Shown: positions 10,486-21,013, counted from the stretch's first letter. The stretch is 26,035 nt of DNA from Selaginella moellendorffii (GCF_000143415.4 NW_003314289.1:1202652-1228686), one strand, 5' to 3'. Numbers and translations: made by a program. The notes: generated by a model from the sequence alone, not told the origin.

Positions 10486-10792
10486 TGTTATGATCCGGTG
10501 CAAAAAGACAAAGATCTCGTTGCCCTAGACTATGCTACGCCACCTCTTGAGGTTCCTCACCACCCAACCACCCCCGAGCTACCTCAAAAGCTCCACTGCG
10601 CCGCCGCTCCACTGTGAGCCCTAGGGTAGGTTAAGTCCCTTACCCTAACATGCCTTAATATACCCTTGAGCCTCCCTTTGACCGATGTTGACCACGTAGT
10701 CAAAGCTGGCGCCTAACAATTCTTCCCCCCCAACAAAGTCCTTGTCCCAAGGACGAGTTGTACCGGTGATCACCCTTTCTGGGGAATCCTGC

Positions 10793-13720
10793 TCAAGCTC
10801 CTGGCCCATCTTCCACAGCCGTATACATCAAGGAGGCATTGGGCCCGTCACTCCGAGATAGTACACCTTTCAACTGGCTGACATAAAATACCGGATGAAT
10901 TTTCACCCCAGCTGGCAGCCGCACTCGATAAGCCGCTTTACCAATGCGCTCCAGCACTTCATATGGACCAGCATATCGATGGGAGAGTTTATCACTCTTC
11001 CCTATCCGTAAAGGCACCAAGGTGTTCCGCCGCTCACTTGACGGAAAGATCACTCGCACGAAGACGAGATCACCCACCTTATATTCCCGGAATTGGTGAT
11101 GCTCATTAGCAAACTTCTCCGCTCTATCCTGAGCTGCTTGCAAATTCCGTTTGCATACCACCAGAATCTCATCAAGTTCTGTGGCCAGATCAGTTGCCTC
11201 GGAATCAAGCTTTTCTTGAACGTCCTTACTCAAATGCAATCCCAACTCCACCGCTGTTCGAGGATGCCTTCCAAACATCGCAAAGTAAGGACTTAGCTTG
11301 GTTCCACTGTGTTGGCTATTGTTGTAAGCAAATTGCACCAACGGAAGATATAGATCCCACTGTCCTTGCCTTTGACCAATGCTACAACGTAGCATATCCT
11401 CCACCACCTGATTCACACGCTCAGTTTGCCCATCCGTCTGAGGATGATCTCCACTCGAGAGTTTCAAAGTCACTTGCATAGCCTTTGCAAAACTTTTCCA
11501 AAATCCACTGGTGAACTTTGAATCTCGATCACTAATGATGTCCTCCGGCAAACCAAAATCAGGAAAAACCTTCTCCAAGTAAACCGCAGCCAAGTCTGAG
11601 GCAGTGACAGTCTTCCGAAGAGCCAACAACCGCACATACTTCGTCAACCGATCTACTATGACCCATACTTGCTCCTTTTGCCTCTGTGTTCGTGGCAAAC
11701 AAGTGATGAAGTCCATAGAGATACTACACCAACGGCTCTGAGGAATAGGTAAAGGTTGCAAAAGTCCCCCCGACTTCTCCCGTGGCACCTTAACCTGCTG
11801 ACAAAGCTCGCATGATTTACAATACTTGAGGATATCAGCCTTCATATTCCTCCAATAAAAGTTGCGCTTAATCAACTCATACGTCTTCTTCCCCCCAAAA
11901 TGACCGGCCTCTGGACGATCATGATAGTGGAATAAAACTTGAGTAATTAACGCATCCACCCGTGGCAAATAGACACGGCCATTGTAGTAGAGAATCCCAT
12001 CCACCAATGAGAAAGGAGCTTCCATCTGGTCTTGCAAAGAGGCCACCTCAGCATCCTGAGCCTGAGCATGCTCAACCAACTGCCCAAACTCGCTGACCAC
12101 CTTACTCAAATGATGACAAAATCGTGTTCGTAACATCGTCACATGACGAACACGAGATAAAGCATCCGCCACCACATTTGATTTTCCTGGACGATGCTCA
12201 ATAGGAAACTCCCCAAACTCCATGAGTTTGACCATCCAACGAGCTTGCCTAGTGTTCAACTCCTTCTGTGTGAAAAGATACACAAGTGGTTTGTGATCTG
12301 TCAACACCACAAACACTGCACCATAAAGATAGTGCCGCCACGTCCGCAAAGCATGAACAATAGAGAGTAACTCTTGCTCATATGTGGAATAGCGTTGCTC
12401 CGCGGAATTCAAAGTTCGACTCTCATATGCAATAGGCTGTCCCTCTTGCATGAGAACTCCTCCCAGTGCATAACCACTCGCATCGCATGTCACCTCGTAA
12501 GGTTTCGATGGATCAGCAATGCGAAGCACTGGAGCCTCGATCAACAACCGTTTCAGCGCCACAAAACTCTCCTCTTGTGGCGTCTTCCACTCGAATGGCA
12601 CATTCTTGCGTAACAACCGCGTCAATGGAATAGCCACCTCTGCAAACTTATGCTGGAAACGTCGGTAGTAACTAGCCATACCAAGAAAACTGCACAACTC
12701 GGCCACTGTAGTCGGTGTAGGCCAGTTTTCCACCACAGCCACCTTCCTTGGATCCGTCTTGACACCCTTAGATGTCACAATATGGCCTAGATATTCCACC
12801 TCCGACTTTGCAAATTCACATTTGCTCTTCTTCGCATAAAGTTTGCTGTCTCGAAGTAACAAAAGAACCTTGCGCAAATGCACCCTATGCTCCTCCATAT
12901 TCTTGCTAAAAACAAGAATATCGTCCAAGAAAATCTCCACAAACTCATGAAGATAACGCCCAAAGACCTCCGTCATCAACCGAGTAAATGTGGCCGGTGC
13001 ATTCGTCAAACCAAACGGCATAACTGTAAACTCAAAATGTCCGAAGCTTGTGTTGAATGCCGTCTTGGAGATAGATGCATCATCCATTGCAATCTGATGA
13101 TATCCACTCCTCAGATCAATCTTGGTAAACACTCGTGCTTCACCAAGCTTGTCTAGGATATCATCCACACGTGGCATCGGCATCTTGTCCTTCACTGTCT
13201 TCTTGTTTAAAGCACGGTAGTCAATACACATCCGCATTGAACCGTCCTTCTTCTTCACAAGCAAGACCGGAGCACCAAACGGAGACTTACTTGGCTGAAT
13301 AAATCCAAACTCAAGTAACTCCTTGACTTGCCGCTGCACTTCTTGCTCCTCCGCATAACTTAACCGAAATGGACGCCGGTAAATTGGCCGCGTCCCCGGC
13401 TCCAATGTAATCCCATGCTCCACACCTCGTAATGGAGGCAATCCATGAGGAAGTTCAGATGGAAAAACATCAGAAAACTCGTCAAGTACATCCCGTACTG
13501 CTGCTTCTCCCCCACACGTGCCTTGGTCCCCCAAGTCACGAACAAACAGCAAGTAACTTGAAAGTGCTTTTCCATTACGACAAGCCCGCTTCAAAGATGT
13601 AGCAGAGAGCATAACAACTGGTGGTTGAACGCCCTCGCCAAACCACACATCTTTAACGCCACCATACTCCAGCGAGATACGCTTAATGCTCCACTTTATC
13701 TCTGGATCCACCTTCACCAA
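10793..13720 (-). CDS. pol: Pol: reverse transcriptase, RNase H, integrase; in frame with gag after one TAG
   Basis: KKDGSMRMCIDYRALN, MPFGL.NAP, FLDD, CDASG, TDH, H-H-CC zinc finger, SMDF/SDRD/GQTER integrase core, GPY motif. Confidence 0.95.
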   Translation of the reverse strand: MVKVDPEIKWSIKRISLEYGGVKDVWFGEGVQPPVVMLSATSLKRACRNGKALSSYLLFVRDLGDQGTCGGEAAVRDVLDEFSDVFPSELPHGLPPLRGVEHGITLEPGTRPIYRRPFRLSYAEEQEVQRQVKELLEFGFIQPSKSPFGAPVLLVKKKDGSMRMCIDYRALNKKTVKDKMPMPRVDDILDKLGEARVFTKIDLRSGYHQIAMDDASISKTAFNTSFGHFEFTVMPFGLTNAPATFTRLMTEVFGRYLHEFVEIFLDDILVFSKNMEEHRVHLRKVLLLLRDSKLYAKKSKCEFAKSEVEYLGHIVTSKGVKTDPRKVAVVENWPTPTTVAELCSFLGMASYYRRFQHKFAEVAIPLTRLLRKNVPFEWKTPQEESFVALKRLLIEAPVLRIADPSKPYEVTCDASGYALGGVLMQEGQPIAYESRTLNSAEQRYSTYEQELLSIVHALRTWRHYLYGAVFVVLTDHKPLVYLFTQKELNTRQARWMVKLMEFGEFPIEHRPGKSNVVADALSRVRHVTMLRTRFCHHLSKVVSEFGQLVEHAQAQDAEVASLQDQMEAPFSLVDGILYYNGRVYLPRVDALITQVLFHYHDRPEAGHFGGKKTYELIKRNFYWRNMKADILKYCKSCELCQQVKVPREKSGGLLQPLPIPQSRWCSISMDFITCLPRTQRQKEQVWVIVDRLTKYVRLLALRKTVTASDLAAVYLEKVFPDFGLPEDIISDRDSKFTSGFWKSFAKAMQVTLKLSSGDHPQTDGQTERVNQVVEDMLRCSIGQRQGQWDLYLPLVQFAYNNSQHSGTKLSPYFAMFGRHPRTAVELGLHLSKDVQEKLDSEATDLATELDEILVVCKRNLQAAQDRAEKFANEHHQFREYKVGDLVFVRVIFPSSERRNTLVPLRIGKSDKLSHRYAGPYEVLERIGKAAYRVRLPAGVKIHPVFYVSQLKGVLSRSDGPNASLMYTAVEDGPGA

Positions 13721-15145
13721 CTATGGCATCCCAAGAATGAGATCCACACGATGGATATCCGCGAGATAAAAAGTCTCCACAAGTGTGGTTTTGCCAACCA
13801 ACACTTCCAGCCCCTCGACACAAGCATCGAAATGCTGAGCAGAGGTAGCTGCACCTTCCACTGTGTATGGAAGAACTCCACGTGTGTTCAGGCGATGCTC
13901 CGCAACAAACTTTGCCGCAACAAAGTTGTCATCGCTCCCACTATCCAGTAAAATCCGCACTGGATCACCACGGAACACGCCCTCCAGCATTAAAGCTGAT
14001 TCACGCGTATCCTCAAGCTCCATCTTGTTCCACACACAGTTGAGCTGACGAGCAACGATCGAAAGTCGCTTCCTCCGACCGGAATGGTCGTTCTCCTCCT
14101 CCTCACGCTGCAAAGTTTGCAACTTTTTAGTATCGGACTTACCGTGAGAAGAAGATTGGCCATTCTTCTTGTCCTGCTGCTTGTTCTTCAACTGCGGACA
14201 ATCAGCCTTGTAGTGTCCAAGTTCGCTGCAATGATGACAACCCTGTCTATAATTCTTCACAAAGAACTTCTGCTTCTTGGACCCCTTTGCATCCGAGGTA
14301 GTCACCACCGACTTCAACTTGTGATGCTTGTTCCCATCCTTGTGTCCACGGTGATCATCACGACGATTCTCAACAGAAGGACTCCGCGAACGCTTGCGAG
14401 ACTTGTGCTTGTCATTATCAAGTCGACGAGCCGCATCAAAGAGCTCCTCCAAACTCTTTGTAGGCTGAGAATGACGCAAGTGTTGCCGCATGCTCTCACT
14501 ATGTAGGCCATCAATGAAGTAGGATTTGTTCTGATCTGGATCCTTCGTTGGAACACGACTAATCAAGCGAGTAAGCTTCTCAATATAATCCCCAAGCGTC
14601 ATTTTCCCTTGCTGGAAATGGCGAAGTTCTGTACGAGCATTCTCCACGTCGTAATGAGGGGCAAAACGTAAACGGAAAGTAGCCTCAAACTCATCCATGG
14701 TAGATACTGGTGATTGCTTATCCGCAACACGGGACTCCTCAAGCCAATTCCACCATCGAAGACCCGCATCACGCAAAACCATCGGAATAGCCACTAAAGC
14801 CTCTGCATCTGGAGTTCCTCTAGCAGCCAAAAACTTCTTCACATTGGCTAGCCAAGCAAGACACTCGTCCACACCACCATCACCGGAAAAGGTTGGAATC
14901 TTGAGTCGATCTACCAAAGAAGGCTTACTTGGAGCGCTACCCTGTCCAGCCTCGAGTGCCTCAACACGCCCACGCATGGTATCCATCATGCCATGCATCT
15001 CGTCTTGCATCTCTTGCTGATTTTTATTAAGGGCTCGCAGCTCATGAACCACATCTTGAATGGTCCAAATCTCCACAGCTTCGTCGGCACCATCGTCGGC
15101 ACCACCATCGATGATAGGATTCCAGCGTTCAGCTTGGTCGGCCAT
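13721..15145 (-). CDS. gag: Gag (CCHC zinc knuckle) and aspartic protease
   Basis: ATG at 15145, A.LRWW motif, CHHCSELGHYKADC knuckle, LLDSGS protease site. Ends at a TAG inside ILGMP[W]L. Confidence 0.9.
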   Translation of the reverse strand: MADQAERWNPIIDGGADDGADEAVEIWTIQDVVHELRALNKNQQEMQDEMHGMMDTMRGRVEALEAGQGSAPSKPSLVDRLKIPTFSGDGGVDECLAWLANVKKFLAARGTPDAEALVAIPMVLRDAGLRWWNWLEESRVADKQSPVSTMDEFEATFRLRFAPHYDVENARTELRHFQQGKMTLGDYIEKLTRLISRVPTKDPDQNKSYFIDGLHSESMRQHLRHSQPTKSLEELFDAARRLDNDKHKSRKRSRSPSVENRRDDHRGHKDGNKHHKLKSVVTTSDAKGSKKQKFFVKNYRQGCHHCSELGHYKADCPQLKNKQQDKKNGQSSSHGKSDTKKLQTLQREEEENDHSGRRKRLSIVARQLNCVWNKMELEDTRESALMLEGVFRGDPVRILLDSGSDDNFVAAKFVAEHRLNTRGVLPYTVEGAATSAQHFDACVEGLEVLVGKTTLVETFYLADIHRVDLILGMP

Positions 15146-17130
15146 CGCAACCAATCCTCTGATACCAATGTTATGATCCGGCGCAAAAAGACAAAGATCT
15201 CGTTGCCCTAGACTATGCTACGCCACCTCTTGAGGTTCCTCACCACCCAACCACCCCCGAGCTACCTCAAAAGCTCCACTGCGCCGCCGCTCCACTGTGA
15301 GCCCTAGGGTAGGTTAAGTCCCTTACCCTAACATGCCTTAATATACCCTTGAGCCTCCCTTTGACCGATGTTGACCACGTAGTCAAAGCTGGCGCCTAAC
15401 AAAGCAGCTGCTGCTACCAGATGGGAGGTACATAGCTTACAGAGAGCTAGGGGTCAGTGTAGAAAAATCCAAGCACTCTGGATTAGTGGTACGGGGATTC
15501 ACAGCTTTTAGAGAGACAGGTACCATGTCCTTTTGTGCGCCTTTTCTCTCCAACTTGTGCTAACATATGATTTTTTATGTAGGCATTCCCGGACTGAACG
15601 ATTCTTTGCTGGAACAGTTTCAAGTTCGTCTGATCATATACGACTTGCCGGGATTCGGACTGAGTGATCCTAATCCCAATAGAACATTTAACTCTTCCGC
15701 ACAGGACATGGAACTCATTGCCAACACACTGAGACTCAGCGAGAGGTTTTGGTTGCTGGTACATCCTGGTGGCGGTCCCTATGCGTGGGCAGCATCAGAT
15801 ATATTCCAGAGCGACTATCAGGTGTGATCTCTGCTTTCTGCATTATCTAGAAAGGTAAAAGCCTGAAAGAGTTGATGCGAATTTTTTAACCTGGCTTGTT
15901 TTGCATGCACAGGTGTTGTGATGCTGGCTCCAGTTGGAAACCCGTCTAAGGCCGGGGACGTGAGTGAGATCGAGGAAGATGGAACAGATTCTGAGGAACT
16001 GTTGTCCGGATGGAGGTTCCTAGCACGAGTTCTTGGCATCGGCCGATTTTTTCCCATTCGAAAGGAGTTGAAGAAGAAGATAACAAAGATACACAAAGGA
16101 TTGTATACGACGGTAGCTGACAAGGTAAGGAAAGGACTTTCTGTTTTCAGTTTTCAGCCATGATGCGTGTCTTTCAGGAACAAGTTTTGTTCGAGCAGAG
16201 GGAATTTATAAATTTTTGGGAGCAAAACCTTCGCTACACAGCACCAGACGCAGTCCCGAGAGCAGCAGCAGCGCCTAAACCGCCAGCGGCTGAGAGACGG
16301 AGCCACCCTGATTTTAGCAAGTTTTTCAAGATCAGGCTCAAGTTTCCTTCAGTGCCAGTGCGTCCAGCGTTCCGACTTGTGAAGAGCTTCACAATGTGGT
16401 GGTGGCCGAGACAAACTAAGAAGGAGCCAACGGATGATGCTGCTGTTGCTCCTGATGCTGCCGCCAGCTTTGGAACGCCGTTGCCTCCAAATCTACTGAG
16501 TGAAGCCTTCAAACTCAAGCTCGTCTTAGTCGTGGTGCTGCTGGTGATCTCGCTCTTGGTCCTCAGATAACGCCCGCACACCTCTCTAGAGCCGAGGTAT
16601 GGTTTAACACCTCTCATTTGTTCGCTTCGCTGTATAAAATATAGATGTCTGACACTCGAGTCTTTGTCCCGTCATCTTTTACGTTTTATCTTTTCTGCTT
16701 GCAGCAGAGACAGACAGACACTGATGCCTCACTCCGAGACAAGAGTCGTATCAGAGGACCAAATTACACCTATGGATTGTTTTAAGCTGTCACCAGAAAG
16801 GTACTTGAACCGCAAGTTAATTTCTCACAGTTCTTTTCCCTTCTGTAGGAGATAACGCAAGAATCTACCGCAAACATAATCTTGACTCGAGGATTGGCGC
16901 GAGACCGTCAGAAGGGATGGTGTTTATAGAGGTCACGACAAGTTTTCTGATCTTTTGTGGCAGGCACGCTGGAGTCGTGGGCCGCTAATTATTTACCCGT
17001 ACAAAAGCCTCTAACTTAGAGACTTCTAAGGTGCCTTAACGAATATCCACCGGCTCGCTGGCATATATCTTCAGAGAACTGGTGTTGTGCCTTGTATTTT
17101 CTGAGCTTCTCTTTTGTGCGAGTAGTAGCC

Positions 17131-17869
17131 ATGTCGAAAGACAGTGTGAAGCTCTTGAACTTCTGGCCGAGTATGTTTGGCTTGAGAGTCCACTATGCGC
17201 TGGATCTGAAAGGGGTGTCCTACGATTACCAGGAGGAGAGTTTGCTCAACAAGAGCAAGGAGCTTCTCGAGGCAAATCCAATCTACACGAAGATTCCGGT
17301 TCTCATCCACAACGGCAAGCCTATCTGCGAGTCTCTCGTCATCGTCGACTACATTGACATTGTGTGGCCCGGTTCTCACAAGCTCCTCCCGGAAGATCCA
17401 TACGAAAAGGCTGTGGCTCGCTTCTGGGCAGATTTTGGTGACAAAAAGGTAAACTTGTTGCTTCTTCCGGGTTGATCAAAACCAGATTTTTCCTTACCAA
17501 CAGCTCTATGACGCCGGGAACCGACTCATACGAGCTATGGGGGAGGAGCACAAGAAAGCCGGCGAGGACTTCAAGTGGGCTCTGATGAAAATCGATGAAG
17601 CTCTCGGCACCATCGCTCCAGGCAAGCCTTTCTTTGGCGGCGACGCTATGAACTTTGCAGATGTTGGTCTGGCTCCATTCATCTGCTGGTTCAAAGGCTA
17701 CCAGAAAGTGGGAGGATTCGTGCTTCCAGGCCCGGAAGAATGGCCCAATCTCCACAAGTGGGTGGACGCTGTAAATTCCGTGGACGCGATCAAGAAATCC
17801 ACTCCAAGCCCAGACAAGGTTGCTGAATTCGCTGAGGTTATCAGGAAGCGAGTTCTCGGGGCTGCCTAA
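17131..17869 (+). CDS. GSTU: Glutathione S-transferase, tau class; exons 17131-17448 and 17504-17869, 227 aa
   Basis: WPSMFG (catalytic Ser), NPIYTKIPVLIHNGKPICES, LLPEDPYEKAVARFWADF, FFGGD..NFADV. Single 55-nt phase-0 GT-AG intron at the typical tau position. Confidence 0.95.
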
Positions 17870-19489
17870 AACACTGACGGTTTTCAAGATACATGCTGTT
17901 TTCGATTCATCATCTCGATGGGTAAACAATAAAAAGTACTTCAAATAAAGAACGTCTCTGACAGGTTCTTGCTCCAGAAATTTCGTCGAACGGCGATTTT
18001 TTACTACCGTCAACACATCAACACTTGCATTCTCTCTCTCTCTCTCAATAGTGTCCATGTGGCAGTTTTTTATTGGTTTATCTTTAAATATACATCCCAT
18101 TGCAATGGGTGCCCCATGGATGCTAGCCCGATGGGTGGATGATAAAGTATAAAAACATTTAGTTTACAATCGCAAATTAAAAGAGAGATCCAGATAGGGG
18201 TAACATATCTGGAAGTGGGAGATGGGGGATATTTATTTATATGGCCCGTGGGGAGGAGCTGGGGTTGTCCCACTTTGTTTGATATCGATACCGACTGTGA
18301 GGATGGAGTAGAGGTAGAAAGAGTTTTAGCTTGTCTGCTTCAATCCAGATTTCTTCGTTTGATCCCATCTATCCAGTTTTTCTGCTTGTGAATTGCCAAT
18401 CTTGGAGTGGAGGACAATGCATTTTTCGAGTAGCAGCAGCAATGCTCTCACTCATCATGGCTTTTAGCTTTCACTCTTCTGGTCATCCATATCATGGGAC
18501 TCTTTCTCTTGCATCAAGCCCAGAAGAGGTGACTTCCAAGCTTCACACAACTCCACAGTTGATTCACATGCTCATCCACCAGTGCCCCGTGCTTGTCATC
18601 CGTGCAAGCTCTTGCTGTGTGAGCCTAGTTGTGAGGGAGCTCTTCTCCAAGCATAACATTGGTCATTGTTATGGGCACCCATCCGTGGCATAAGGATTGG
18701 ATATTAATAAAATATCCTATGCCTGTGTTTTTTATACTCATATTACACATGGACCAATAACAGCCAGACACATATTGTGAATGAAATATGCCACTGTAAT
18801 TTCCACCTTTTTATGAATTACATGTTACATTTCTCTTTCTCTCTCTCTCTCTCTCTATCTGTGTCTCTTGTGTGTGTTAGGATTAGCCTTTTTATTAAAA
18901 TCTTATCTTTTAAATTCTCCTTTTATGTTTATGGAAGCTTCTGTTTAGAAATATGTTTTACAAATTTACATAAACAACTATAAACTAAAAGTATAGAAAT
19001 AGTAATGAGAAGCTAACACTTTGTTACTATATGATTAAACAAACACTCTCCAGAAATCTTTTATTCATTGCTGAATGTTCTTTTAAAGGTTAATTCTTGC
19101 CTAAATTATAACATTTCATTATTATTTTCATTATTGTGCATACATCTATATATGGCAAAGCCTTTTATGTATAACAAATACTTACCACATTGCTATTGTT
19201 TTCATATTTATTAGTTTAAACTTTTACTACCTAATAGTTTTATATATTTAACAAAGTAGCTCAAGTTAAATTCTTTTCCTATACAGATATATATTAAAGA
19301 TATATGTTATAATTTTTTTTATTTTTTTATATAAAAATTACTTTAATTTTATAGAGGTTAAAAAAACATTAAAAATTGCCAATTTTGAGGAGCTCTACCT
19401 CTGAAATGAATATTTTTTATGGTTTAATTATTTTAATTAATATTTAATTTTTATTATCAATTAATATCAATTATTATCAATTATCAAGG

Positions 19490-19557
19490 TACACTTTGGG
19501 CCTCACAATACTTAATTTAAGATTTTTTAAATTAATTATTGTGAGGTCCAAAGTGTA
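19490..19557. repeat. 68-bp near-perfect palindrome with TA ends
   Basis: 31-bp arms TACACTTTGGGCCTCACAATACTTAATTTAA and TTAAATTAATTATTGTGAGGTCCAAAGTGTA, 2 mismatches. Confidence 0.9.
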
Positions 19558-20549
19558 TGGCTACAATGTGTATACTAATATTAGTGTAATAGGATTTTGA
19601 TAGCTGTTGGATTGGTTTCAATCTAAACCAGTTGTTCCTCTATATAAGATGGGTTTTTGGGCTAATTAATATGCACATTTTTGTATTCAATTTCCATATT
19701 CCATACACTTACATTGTTGGAGATGAGGGGCAATTTTGATTGTCCCTAAGAAGTGTTTGAATTTAGGATTTTAATTTAGATATAGCTTTTGTATTGTTTA
19801 TCTCCCTTTCCTTATAATGTTTTCAATTTTTTTTTTTTTGCTTTTTCTTTTTTGTTCATCTTCATTGCAAAGTAGCAGCCTCTTATTTCTTTGACTTTAA
19901 AGTAGTAGTTGGTGCAGTTGCTCAATGCTATATGGTTATAGTTGAATAATCAAACTCAATTGATAGTGGCATTTACAACACATGGGATAGCTCCTCTTGC
20001 TCTTGATGTCAATCCTCGCATTTAGTTAAAATTCTTCCATATGAGTCTTGGGAATGATGTGTACCATTAGTTAGATCACTTTATAATGATTGCCACATAT
20101 CATTCTTGGGATAATACTTTGCATTTGCATGAGTTTTCTATGTGTCTCCAAGGGATAGTGTTACAATAGTATAATGGTTTGAATGTAATCACTTGTGAAA
20201 ATTAAAGCAATGTAGATGGCAACATGTGGCAATAGGCTGAGCAATAAAAGATAAACTCGAACCAACACAGAAAGAATAATAAGAAACCTTTTGTTACAAA
20301 AATGAACTTGGAAAGTAAACATTTGATGAGCTAGAACCAAGTGAACCCTTTAATGATACTCCCGAAAGAAAGATGGAAGGGTCACTAATTTATTCGTGTA
20401 AGATCCCTCTGTTATTTGAGTGACTCAGTGTCTAGACCTTCCATTGCAGCAACACCAACAAGACATTGACACCAAAGTCTCCACTTAGGAAATGGAAATC
20501 ACCAATCTAGAAAATGCTAACAACGCTAATAAATGTGACCAACTTCATC

Positions 20550-20835
20550 ACACCTAACAGTGGATATCACGGCCATGACCATGTCCTTGCCTATCTTTGA
20601 ACTCAAGCAGCAACAATATCAACCTTAATTAGAACAGTACTATTTCCCACAAAAAGTGAAGCTAAAAGATGTGCAACAAGAAGTGGAAGAGACAATGTTT
20701 TATAACGTTATGCCAAATAAAGAGCATCGTCAAGGGTGGCTAGAGCAAGTGTATACACAAGTTTTACAAAATCTTAATGAAGTGTTAGCCACAACATTCT
20801 TAATTTGATCCACTTCGATATATTTGGCTCCGCAA
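20550..20835 (+). pseudogene. Decayed Ty1/copia pre-integrase / integrase start
   Basis: 20796-20831 translates ILNLIHFDIFGS (copia L.LIH.DI.GP). A frameshifted W..R.GH-like remnant lies near 20560-20585. Confidence 0.5.
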
Positions 20836-21013
20836 TAAGTAAGAGGCTTCGGAAACAAATACCAACCTACATCACTGACTCAAATGGCTCTTAATAAAAA
20901 TGATGCAATTTTTGGAAGGCATCATCACAATCATTGGCATATCCAATCTCAACTAACAATATTTTTTCTTTACTGCTACAATGGTAGAAGGTTAATATTG
21001 CTGGACCCTTTAT

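Larger units (their letters stand above)
10486..15401 (-). mobile_element. Young full-length Ty3/gypsy LTR retrotransposon, 4916 bp
   Basis: 233-bp LTRs at 15169-15401 and 10486-10718 differing at one base (10499 T versus 15182 C). PBS TGGTATCAGAG 15157-15167, PPT 10719-10731, domain order gag-PR-RT-RH-INT. Confidence 0.96.
9907..16570 (+). pseudogene. Alpha/beta-hydrolase-fold gene, split by the composite retroelement and frameshifted
   Basis: Removing the insert and one TSD copy gives EPEKAPSKQLLLPDGRYIAYRELGV in frame. Exons: about 9907-9980 plus 15407-15519, 15583-15821, 15913-16124, 16178-16570, with GT-AG introns of 63, 91 and 53 nt. Motifs LPDGR.IAY.E.G, GIPG, YDLPGFG.SDP.P.R. One nucleotide missing near 15795. 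5' end not determined. Confidence 0.8.

Noticed and set aside
11093-15211. Small plus-strand and alternate-frame ORFs within gag-pol, also at 24231-26009
   Set aside because: Shadow ORFs of retroelement coding sequence.
16860-17070. as-1/ocs element upstream of the tau GST
   Set aside because: Only one TGACG half-site (CGTCA near 16906); the tandem arrangement is absent.
17339-18100. 253-aa antisense ORF over the GST
   Set aside because: Antisense shadow with no recognisable domain.
18050-18780. Possible MITE from inverted ATGGGTGCCC/GGGCACCCAT and GTCCATGTG/CACATGGAC matches
   Set aside because: Matches are short and patchy, with no definable TIR ends or TSD.
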